This document shows positions 20,881-28,782 of a stretch of DNA of 64,000 nucleotides, piece after piece. The notes below the pieces were generated by a model. The model had not been told where the DNA came from, searched no databases, and saw only the letters and a list, made by a program, of their open reading frames with translations. The position numbers and the translations under genes are program-made. Positions within the stretch are counted from its first letter, which is position 1. Each line of letters opens with the position of its first letter. This DNA comes from a virus (taxonomy: Duplodnaviria > Heunggongvirae > Uroviricota > Caudoviricetes), in IMG/VR virus record IMGVR_UViG_3300037484_000445, positions 32,001-96,000 of that record; one strand, 5' to 3'.

Positions 20881-21857
20881 CCAGGATATCCTTCTTATTT
20901 CGCACCGATGTGCATGTTGCGGACAAAAACCCCATTTCTTGGAAGGGAGACTATCGATCTGAGATCCTAGATGACTTGGTCCAGATTGGACAGTTGGCAG
21001 ATCTCCATCAGGTTGAAGCTGTTCTTGATGGAGGTGATTTCTTCCATGTCAAGACGGCCGTACGCACATCACACGGCTTGGTGATTGATGTTCTGAAGAT
21101 TCACCGAGATCACTACAAGAAGAGCGTCTATGGTATCGAGGGCAATCACGACATCTTCGGGAACAACCTGGAGACGATCGACTCGCAGCCCTTAGGTGTG
21201 CTCTACAACACATTGGCCTTTCGAAACTTACGCAACGAGGTATTCGAGAAAGACGGCCTCAGAATTAGGGTCGTGGGGTTCCCTTATAGTCCTACTCGGA
21301 CGCTGAGGGAAATTCAGGCGGTTCGAAAGCAGCCAGGTGACGACTATATGGTAGCTGTCATTCATGCCTTGGCAGGTAAGGATCCACCGGCTCATGTCGA
21401 GGAATTCTACGGTGAACCTGTCTTTCGGTACGATAGTTTGATCTATGAAGGTGGTCCAGATGTGTTTTGCTTTGGGCATTGGCACAAGGACCAGGGGGTA
21501 GTTTGCCTGGAAGGGCGTCACTTTGTTAACCAGGGGGCGGTGTCTCGAGGGTCACTCACCCAGGACAACCTTAGTCGGGTCCCCCAGGTAGCTCTTTTGG
21601 AGTTCACTCCTGAGGGTATCGGGATCAAGACCATTCCCCTGAAGGTGGCGGCGCCCGAAGAAGTCTACGACCTAGAACGTAAGGGTCGTCAAGAGAAAGT
21701 GTCTTTGGTCATCAGCCAGTTTATCGATCAACTCCAACAGGGCCTTGTTGTAGACTCGGACCAGGATATCGAGGATAGCATTCGGAACATACCTAACGTG
21801 GCCCCTGATGTGCAGGCTCGGGCCTTAGCCTACCTTGAGACAGCGAGGACTTCGTAG
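20877..21857 (+). CDS. sbcD: Mre11/SbcD metallophosphoesterase nuclease
   Basis: TDVH, GGDFFH, GNHD, IH and GHWH motifs. Confidence 0.9.
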   Translation: MTRISFLFRTDVHVADKNPISWKGDYRSEILDDLVQIGQLADLHQVEAVLDGGDFFHVKTAVRTSHGLVIDVLKIHRDHYKKSVYGIEGNHDIFGNNLETIDSQPLGVLYNTLAFRNLRNEVFEKDGLRIRVVGFPYSPTRTLREIQAVRKQPGDDYMVAVIHALAGKDPPAHVEEFYGEPVFRYDSLIYEGGPDVFCFGHWHKDQGVVCLEGRHFVNQGAVSRGSLTQDNLSRVPQVALLEFTPEGIGIKTIPLKVAAPEEVYDLERKGRQEKVSLVISQFIDQLQQGLVVDSDQDIEDSIRNIPNVAPDVQARALAYLETARTS

Positions 21858-22772
21858 ATGTATCTGTCATATTCTGGCTTCAAAAAGGCCATCACGTGCT
21901 TGTTCTCGTACTGGCATGAATACCCCAACAAGACGCCTAAGACAGGACCTGATGATCGTTTGGGTTCAATCTATGGGTCTGTTGTGGGTAAGTTGTTCGA
22001 GGACTTTTATGTCCAGAGGGTGTGGCTGCAGCCCAATCCTAAGGAGTTCTTGCTCGGACGCGTGACTCAGACCGTAGATGCTGTGATAAAACAGGAAACC
22101 ACGACCAAGGGTTGGAAAACAGGGGGAGTCCTTCTTTGGAAGGGATCGGAATCAAATCAAAATCCTAAGGGTATGTACGCCAATCGAGCTGAACTAGAGG
22201 CAGACATCCGAGACACCATTCCTCGAGGGTTGGACATCATTCGCCAGTACAAGCTCATCGGTCCTCGTGCGGACGCTGAGTACAAACTCGACTTTAGCAC
22301 CCCTGAAAAGCACACATTGGCGGGTCGTGCGGACTTCATCATCCAAAGGGTTAGGCCGTTCAGCGACCTACTCATTGTGGATGGGAAGGGATCCAAACAC
22401 CGAGGTGACTACGTGGACCCGCAACAACTCGTTTGGTATGCGATGTTGTTTTACCTACACTCTGTGAGTCAAGGCAAGCCCCAGTTGCCCAATAAACTGG
22501 CTTTCCTCTATTGGCGTTGCAATCCGGATAATGCCGTGGATTGGTTGAGTGTGTCGGAGGACGACGTTAAGGCCCTCCTGGCTACTGTGTTGGACACAAT
22601 TCGACAAATCGAGGAGAAACTCAAAATACTCCCTGCCGGTGTGTCCATGGATACGGTAAGAGGTGTATTCAAACCTAAGGCTAACGAATCAAACTGTAGG
22701 TTTTGCCCCTATATCGCGGCTTGTCCCTCAGGCTACAAGATTCAAGAGGAACTCAAATGTCGTCAACGCTAG
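21858..22772 (+). CDS. PD-(D/E)xK nuclease, RecB/AddB/Cas4-like
   Basis: LSYS..C, E, GRAD, IVDGK, QL.WYA and C-terminal CRFCPY..ACP (1+3 Cys, Fe-S type). Confidence 0.82.
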   Translation: MYLSYSGFKKAITCLFSYWHEYPNKTPKTGPDDRLGSIYGSVVGKLFEDFYVQRVWLQPNPKEFLLGRVTQTVDAVIKQETTTKGWKTGGVLLWKGSESNQNPKGMYANRAELEADIRDTIPRGLDIIRQYKLIGPRADAEYKLDFSTPEKHTLAGRADFIIQRVRPFSDLLIVDGKGSKHRGDYVDPQQLVWYAMLFYLHSVSQGKPQLPNKLAFLYWRCNPDNAVDWLSVSEDDVKALLATVLDTIRQIEEKLKILPAGVSMDTVRGVFKPKANESNCRFCPYIAACPSGYKIQEELKCRQR

Positions 22773-23041
22773 AACAGATCAAAGAACGCGTAGATGCCCT
22801 TAGTGTGAGGTTCAAGAAGGCTAGTGAGAAGAAGGCCAACCTCAGCGGGCTTTTGCAGGCCAAGAAAGAAGAGCTGAACGCTCTCGTCGAAGAGATTCGG
22901 ACTGCCGGACTCGATCCCAAGAAACTCAAAGAACACCGTGATGACCTGAAGCTGGAAGTCGAGACTATGATCAAGGAACTCGACGAGAAGCTTACATCTG
23001 TAGAAGGGGCCTTACAGGCCTATGATAAGGGAACGCCATGA
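22757..23041 (+). CDS. small coiled-coil protein
   Basis: Two heptad helices joined by GLDP; GAGGA RBS before the ATG at 22757. Confidence 0.7.
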   Translation: MSSTLEQIKERVDALSVRFKKASEKKANLSGLLQAKKEELNALVEEIRTAGLDPKKLKEHRDDLKLEVETMIKELDEKLTSVEGALQAYDKGTP

Positions 23042-24309
23042 AGATCAAACTATCCCTCAGTGCCTTGAATGAAGCTTTAGACCGAGTATCTGTTGTGAAG
23101 GCCTTTACTGGATCTAGCAAGATCGAAGCCTACTTGTTCACAGTCAAGGAAGGCCGTTGTCATATCCACTCGATGAACCTTGACACTATGGCAAGTCGCG
23201 TGGAAGTTCCTATTTTGGAGTCCGATTCCGACTTCAGCTTTGCCTATCCTTCGGACCGTGTTGCCGCCTTTAAGACGTTGGACGGCTGGATCGAGATCGA
23301 AGCGGGCAATACGGATACAGGGTTTTGGGTCAAGTACCTCACTGAGGGCGGTGCTTCCGCGGAACGTTCGACCTTTAGCTACAAGGGTTTGAACACGGTC
23401 GATATTCCTGATGAGACCCTGGCTAAGACGATGGTCTTCTCCACGGCCGTTCTAAAGGAGGCCCTCAATACGGCGGCTGAACCGATCGAGACCAATAGGG
23501 CCTCCAATGACTCGGAGAGCTCACACCTTCAGACGGTTCAGTTGTTTGACACCAGCCAGGATGATTGGGCTAAGGGTGATGGGACTTGCTTTGGTACCAA
23601 TGACGGGAATCGAAGCAACTACTTTCACAGTCCTAGTTTGATGGGTAAGGGATTCGCCATCCACGCCTTGAAGCTCGGCACTTTCATCAGCTTCCTGAAC
23701 AAATGCGGGAAGTCCGTCAAGATCGCCGTCGGCGATGGCAAGACCTACGCTATCGATCAGGTCGTTGGTGAGGGCGGGGAAGTGAAAGATGGGGCGGTAT
23801 TCGTTTGGTCGCAGCACAAGAAGCTCCACGGTAAGTATCGCTATGTCGGGGCCAAGCAAGACAAATTGGTTTTGTTGACGCCCAGGGAACTCATTCTGAA
23901 AGCTCTTCGGCAGGTTCGCCTCGAGATGCAAGATGCCAACCAGAACAAAATCCGTCTGGTCTATTCGAATGGCACCATACGATTCTTGGGCGGCGTCAAT
24001 AAGGAGACTGTGAAGAGCGTTGAAGTTCCGGTCAGGGTGTTGAGTGATAGTCTCGAGGACAGCCACAAGGATAGTGGTGGGGAATTCAAGGCCAACGCCA
24101 ATGTCCTCTACTTCATCGACCTGTTCTCCGACAGCAAAGTCAATGAAGTCGAACTCCGCGTTACGGTGTCTGATACGGGAAAGAGGGCCTTCAAGACGAT
24201 CGAGAAGTTCTTCTTGAATGATAGCGGCAAGATCGAAATCTCCCCTGAGAGCGCCAAGGAGGCCTGCCACGAATGCCTAGTGACCCGGTTCATGATGGCC
24301 ATGGAATAG
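23038..24309 (+). CDS. DNA polymerase III beta sliding clamp-like protein (divergent)
   Basis: MKIKL....LNEALDRV start and three alpha/beta domains with L.EAL/L.KAL helices as in DnaN; clamp-loader genes are present. Confidence 0.62.
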   Translation: MKIKLSLSALNEALDRVSVVKAFTGSSKIEAYLFTVKEGRCHIHSMNLDTMASRVEVPILESDSDFSFAYPSDRVAAFKTLDGWIEIEAGNTDTGFWVKYLTEGGASAERSTFSYKGLNTVDIPDETLAKTMVFSTAVLKEALNTAAEPIETNRASNDSESSHLQTVQLFDTSQDDWAKGDGTCFGTNDGNRSNYFHSPSLMGKGFAIHALKLGTFISFLNKCGKSVKIAVGDGKTYAIDQVVGEGGEVKDGAVFVWSQHKKLHGKYRYVGAKQDKLVLLTPRELILKALRQVRLEMQDANQNKIRLVYSNGTIRFLGGVNKETVKSVEVPVRVLSDSLEDSHKDSGGEFKANANVLYFIDLFSDSKVNEVELRVTVSDTGKRAFKTIEKFFLNDSGKIEISPESAKEACHECLVTRFMMAME

Positions 24310-24965
24310 CGAGCCTTGAAGCTCGTGTCCTAAAGGTCTTGGAATCTCGGACACGTCTTACAACCCTTCGAGATCAACTGGCGAACGACTTAGTTTCTAA
24401 GGAAGCTGAGGTCGTTCGCCTCACCAATGAATTGGACGTCCTAACAAAGGTGACGGAGTTGTTCCGCCACCTTATGGACCAGCTGATCGACAAGCAAGTA
24501 AAAGTGGTCGAGCGAGTGGCCACCGAAGGCCTACAAACGGTCTTTCCTGACTTGAATTTGAGTCTTGAGGCTGAAGTTGAGCCTAAGTACAACAAGATTT
24601 CGGTGGATTTCTTCTTCCGGCGGGGGCCTAAAGGTCATCGTGGATCACACCGGGGACATCCCTTATCGTCTTTCGGTGGGGGGCCCGCGTCCGTGGTGTC
24701 TTTGATTCTGCGAGTGCTAACTGTTAAGAAGCTAAACTTGGCGCCGTGCCTAATACTGGATGAATCCCTGGGGGCAGTTTCCCCAGAGTACATCGAATCA
24801 ACAAGCCAATTCATCGGGGCTTTAGCCGAGAAATTAGGGTTTGATATCCTATTGGTCACGCATAAGCCAAGTTTCTTGGCCCACGCAAAACACTCCTACC
24901 GTTGCCAGGAAGATCTTGAGGATGACGGTGTATCCACTCATTTGTCACTAAAGAGGATCTCGTGA
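24273..24965 (+). CDS. Rad50/SbcC ATPase, C-terminal half
   Basis: Short coil, SFGGG ABC signature, ILDESLG Walker B/D-loop, LVTH H-loop; no Walker A. Confidence 0.85.
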   Translation: MPSDPVHDGHGIASLEARVLKVLESRTRLTTLRDQLANDLVSKEAEVVRLTNELDVLTKVTELFRHLMDQLIDKQVKVVERVATEGLQTVFPDLNLSLEAEVEPKYNKISVDFFFRRGPKGHRGSHRGHPLSSFGGGPASVVSLILRVLTVKKLNLAPCLILDESLGAVSPEYIESTSQFIGALAEKLGFDILLVTHKPSFLAHAKHSYRCQEDLEDDGVSTHLSLKRIS

Positions 24966-25507
24966 AAAACCCCGAAGAGATTCGAGCCAGGGCTCGGTGG
25001 TACATCGAAACCGAGTTGGAACGGCGCCTTAGCCAGGCAAGCCGCCGACTGCCGGTATTATGCCAACATAACCACCGTCAAGCTTTGGATACCCGAAAAC
25101 ACGTAGAAGGGGAGCCCAACCCCGACTACAACAAGCAAACTGGCCCAACGATAGGGTTGTGCATGTTGGGTTCAGATGGGATCATTTGGCAGGGTACCGT
25201 CTGCGAAGACGATATCGATGCTCAGACTTGTGCCTATTTCTCCCCGATTGCTACGAAAGATAGTGTGTTAGCACAATTTCGTGAGGAGTTAGCCGACATC
25301 TCTTGGGTTGAAGCTAACATGCCTACGTTGTACGAGCTCCTTTGGGTGTTGAGTGACTTCACACCACCAGCGCCCAGGCTTTGGTTCAAGCTCTGGTGCT
25401 TCTTCATGCGCATTAAGCTTGAGCCAGTTCGACCTCGGTTGAACCCAGTCGATATGCTAGACGGTTTCACTGAGGCTCCGAGCAGAGAGGTCCAGCCTCC
25501 GGGCTAG
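24962..25507 (+). CDS. hypothetical Cys-containing protein
   Basis: 181-aa ORF coupled to the upstream stop (GTGA); contains CQHN, LC, VC and C residues. Confidence 0.6.
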   Translation: MKNPEEIRARARWYIETELERRLSQASRRLPVLCQHNHRQALDTRKHVEGEPNPDYNKQTGPTIGLCMLGSDGIIWQGTVCEDDIDAQTCAYFSPIATKDSVLAQFREELADISWVEANMPTLYELLWVLSDFTPPAPRLWFKLWCFFMRIKLEPVRPRLNPVDMLDGFTEAPSREVQPPG

Positions 25508-25514
25508 GTCACTT

Positions 25515-26144
25515 ATGTCCATGAAACTGTCGATTCTTGAGCGTCTTCTAACCGTAGGCCGGCATCGCCCTCATCTTCATCCTGAGGTTTTGGATTTTGC
25601 TCCCCCGGTGGCGATGCAGTACCCGACGACCCATGATGAGGGACCTTGGGTCACATCCCTTTCTAAGGGGCGTTTTACCCGAACTAGGGCCAATCTCGAG
25701 GGCTACGTAGGGCAAGCTTTTCATACTTGCCCTATCGAGGAGGAAGACCGCCTGTTTGCCAACTTCTATGAGGACCTTTGGAAGATCTCCTCGGAGGCCG
25801 GATGGTCTAACCGTTGCATTTCAATCGAGGACGCCTTTCGGCAGATGAACGGTACCGGCTACGAGGGACGTGTGTTGGTGGTGCCCTATGCTTCTTTGCG
25901 TGAAGCTGTGGGTAAAGATTTGTCTGAGGAAGAAGCTGAACAAATCAGCCTTGCCAAGGGTTGTGTGGCTGAGGTGCAGGGTGTGAAGGTCATTTCGGCT
26001 CGAAGTTCTTTACCTGTGGGCTCAGCTGTATTGGCCACCGTAAAATCTTTGACGGGATACTACACAAGAGTCCGTGACCATGTTGGTGTAACGATCCTTC
26101 ACGCGGATCGATCGCTGATTTTGGTCGGACATGAAGTGGCTTGA
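25515..26144 (+). CDS. degenerate HK97-fold major capsid protein paralog
   Basis: By-eye colinear match to the C-terminal half of 51347..52225 (DAF; KGCVAEVQGVKVISAR vs TGLQATLWGAQIITSR; LPVG vs VPAG; HVGV vs NLGI). Confidence 0.55.
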   Translation: MSMKLSILERLLTVGRHRPHLHPEVLDFAPPVAMQYPTTHDEGPWVTSLSKGRFTRTRANLEGYVGQAFHTCPIEEEDRLFANFYEDLWKISSEAGWSNRCISIEDAFRQMNGTGYEGRVLVVPYASLREAVGKDLSEEEAEQISLAKGCVAEVQGVKVISARSSLPVGSAVLATVKSLTGYYTRVRDHVGVTILHADRSLILVGHEVA

Positions 26145-26850
26145 AACCTTAGTCCAATACGCTCACGCTAATCTCCAAGGCGACCGTGAACTGGAGGCCT
26201 TGTGGGAACGGGGAGCGTCTGATGAACAAATCCGAGATTTTCGGATAGGTTACCTGGACAAACAGCTCCCGCTCCTTCAAAATGCCCAGGAGTTCTATTC
26301 CTGGTATGGGTTCAACAAGTCAAAGTTGTTGGACGTGTTCGTTTTTCCCTTGACGAACGCCCTCGGTCAGGTGAAAGGTCTACAGTTTCGAAGGGTTGAA
26401 CGTAGAGCCAAAGGATACCTCGACTACCTCCCGGTTAAGGACGAACCCGCCTTCTTTGGGTTGAGTCAAGCCATGCCTCATGTGTGGAAGACTCGGACTA
26501 TCTGTTTAGTCGAAGGAGCTTTCGACCATTTTCCCGTGCAACGAGTCTTCCCGAACACCGTACCCACTATGACCTCAAGTGTTTCCACAGCCTTTTACAG
26601 ATTTCTGCGACGTAATGTGCAAGAGGTGTGGTTCTGCTACGATATGGATTCTGCCGGTAGAAAAGGTGTGTGGGAATTCCTCGAGAGTTACCGATTGGAA
26701 TTCAAGCGAATATTGCACCCTCAACTCCCCAGACTTGTGGCTGTGAACGGTCGCCTCACTAAGGATCCCGGTGAGCTGTGGGAGTGCCTAGGGGACGATC
26801 AGTTCCGTATGCGTCTGAAAACTGCGTTCGAAGGAGTCTGTTATGCCTAG
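26131..26850 (+). CDS. DnaG-type primase catalytic (TOPRIM) core lacking the zinc-binding domain
   Basis: FRIGY, VFPL...GQVKG..FR, LVEGAFD, YDMDSAG, KDPGE. Confidence 0.8.
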   Translation: MKWLETLVQYAHANLQGDRELEALWERGASDEQIRDFRIGYLDKQLPLLQNAQEFYSWYGFNKSKLLDVFVFPLTNALGQVKGLQFRRVERRAKGYLDYLPVKDEPAFFGLSQAMPHVWKTRTICLVEGAFDHFPVQRVFPNTVPTMTSSVSTAFYRFLRRNVQEVWFCYDMDSAGRKGVWEFLESYRLEFKRILHPQLPRLVAVNGRLTKDPGELWECLGDDQFRMRLKTAFEGVCYA

Positions 26851-27340
26851 AGAATGGTCAAAAGCTGATGATGCAATTGAGCGTATGGCCGAGGGCCTGA
26901 TCGCCAATTACCACCCCGAGCTGTCCACCGCTCGAATCATGTACGTGTTCATCTCTGAGGCCCCGAGTAAAGGTGGCCACAAGCTGTATGGAAAGGTATC
27001 CAAAGCGTCAGGCTTTTTGGAGTGGGCTTTGGAGCAAGACTTCATAGTGATGATCTCCGGGGACATCTGGAACACGAGTGAGTCCCACGAGCGTACTGCA
27101 ATTCTTGATCATCTCTTGGAGCGTTGTACTGGCGAAGAAGATGAAAAGGACGCTTCCATGAGCTGGAAGATCCGAGAACCTGACGTTCAGGAGTTCTCTT
27201 CGATCCTTGATCGTCATGGCGCTTGGAATACAACCTTAGCTGGCTTCATTTCCGTTGCGAAGAAGGTTGACCTTTCGGGATTTGAAGAGAACAGTGAAAA
27301 GGGCGTCGACCTAACTACTGTTGAAACCACGGAGGGCTGA
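26843..27340 (+). CDS. putative phage metallopeptidase-family protein with degenerate metal site
   Basis: Family-like pattern I.YVF..GK..K, DFIV.I..DIW, AILDHLLER, REPDVQEF...RHGAW. Confidence 0.6.
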   Translation: MPREWSKADDAIERMAEGLIANYHPELSTARIMYVFISEAPSKGGHKLYGKVSKASGFLEWALEQDFIVMISGDIWNTSESHERTAILDHLLERCTGEEDEKDASMSWKIREPDVQEFSSILDRHGAWNTTLAGFISVAKKVDLSGFEENSEKGVDLTTVETTEG

Positions 27341-27345
27341 GCACC

Positions 27346-28782
27346 GTGTGGGATGTAAGATACCGTCCAATGTGTTTTGGTGATGTCCTTGGACAGGATG
27401 GAGCCGTCAAGGTTCTTAAGTCTCGCCTCGAGAAGGGCACGGCAACGGACACCTCTTACATCTTCAGTGGTGGAGCGGGCCGCGGTAAAACGACGCTTGC
27501 TCGTATCTTGGGTAGATCCCTGTTGTGCCAGCAGCTAACACCCGAATCTGAACCGTGCAACCAGTGTGACAACTGTAGGGACGCCCTAAGCGAGACGTCT
27601 TCGATTCTTTCGGAGATGGATGCGGCTAGTCGTGGCACCATTGAACACACTAGAGCCATTGTTGATAGCTTGGCTTTTGGCGTTCAAGGGGCGTCCAAAA
27701 AGGTCTACATCATCGACGAGGTACATCGTATGGGTCGGGACGCCCAGGATGTGCTGCTGAAACCCATTGAGGACAAACAATTAGTCTGTATTTTCTGCAC
27801 GACGGAGCCTGAGAAGATCCGGGGCCCTATTCGATCCCGTTGTGAAGAGTACAAGATCCGTAAAATAACGCGTGAGGATGTCCTTAAGCGTATGGCTTGG
27901 ATTCTGAACCGCGAGAAGATTGAGTACGAGCCTGATGCCATCCTTATCGTGATAGACCATTCAGGCGGTCATGTTCGAGATGTCATCAACAAGTTGGAGA
28001 TGATCGCTCAGTTGGGCCCTGTCTCTGTAGAGGCCGTTCGAGATAACTTGAACTTGTCGGCTGTCTCAACGTACTATCAAATCCTTTTGGCTCTAGGTAA
28101 TCCGAGTGAGGCCATACGCTTAGCTGAAGAAGCCTGTGATCGTGTGGGACATGAAGAGGTATCGGAAGGCTTGGCTGAGGCAGCCATGAACTCCTACCGA
28201 CTAGCCCACAAAATGGAATCCGAGTTCTCCTACTTTGATCGAGACTTGGCCATTAGGGTCTATGACGCTTACAAGGATGCAACTGTTCGTCTAGCCGAGT
28301 ACTTTCTTCGCTCCTACAAGGTCTCGAGGATGAGCCTTTTTGGTGACATATTGGCCTGCCATTCGGGCGTTCCAACCCCGAAATCTGAGGCTTCAGTCAC
28401 TATCAGCGTCGCGGCCCCTGTGGTGGCTCCTGTGGCGTCACTTCCTGCTTCGTCTCCGGCAGCCCTTGTAGAAGACGAGAAAACGCCAGAACCTGTGACT
28501 TCAGCGCCTGTGGCGCCGTCTCAGCCCGCACCTAGTCCGCAACCAGCGACACCCCCGCCACTGGGGTCCAATCTTCGAGCTGACAAGGTAGGTAATCTCG
28601 GTTCTGGCGATCCTGAAGCCCTCACTTCGATTGACATTCACACAGTACCTATAGACCCTCCTCGAGGGCACGAACCTGAAATTCCTATTCGATCCACAGT
28701 TTCGAAGGAAAAGTTTCTTACCGCCGACGAGTGGAAGGCCAAGTTTTCTCAACGTTTAGAGGCAGCCTCTTGGGGTAAATAA
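27346..28782 (+). CDS. dnaX: DNA polymerase III subunit gamma/tau (clamp-loader ATPase)
   Basis: YRP..F.DVLGQ, GGAGRGKTT, PCNQCDNC, DAAS, IIDEVH, CTTEPEK, IRSRC, G.VRD; Pro-rich linker. Confidence 0.92.
   Translation: MWDVRYRPMCFGDVLGQDGAVKVLKSRLEKGTATDTSYIFSGGAGRGKTTLARILGRSLLCQQLTPESEPCNQCDNCRDALSETSSILSEMDAASRGTIEHTRAIVDSLAFGVQGASKKVYIIDEVHRMGRDAQDVLLKPIEDKQLVCIFCTTEPEKIRGPIRSRCEEYKIRKITREDVLKRMAWILNREKIEYEPDAILIVIDHSGGHVRDVINKLEMIAQLGPVSVEAVRDNLNLSAVSTYYQILLALGNPSEAIRLAEEACDRVGHEEVSEGLAEAAMNSYRLAHKMESEFSYFDRDLAIRVYDAYKDATVRLAEYFLRSYKVSRMSLFGDILACHSGVPTPKSEASVTISVAAPVVAPVASLPASSPAALVEDEKTPEPVTSAPVAPSQPAPSPQPATPPPLGSNLRADKVGNLGSGDPEALTSIDIHTVPIDPPRGHEPEIPIRSTVSKEKFLTADEWKAKFSQRLEAASWGK

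Noticed and set aside
21858-22772. Cas4 of a CRISPR system
   Set aside because: No array or other cas genes were seen, and the context is phage recombination.
8501-26090. Other GGTGTA hexamers (about 8501, 13878, 17353, 22662, 24927, 26085) as promoters
   Set aside because: They lie inside coding sequence without the fixed ATG spacing and are compatible with chance frequency.
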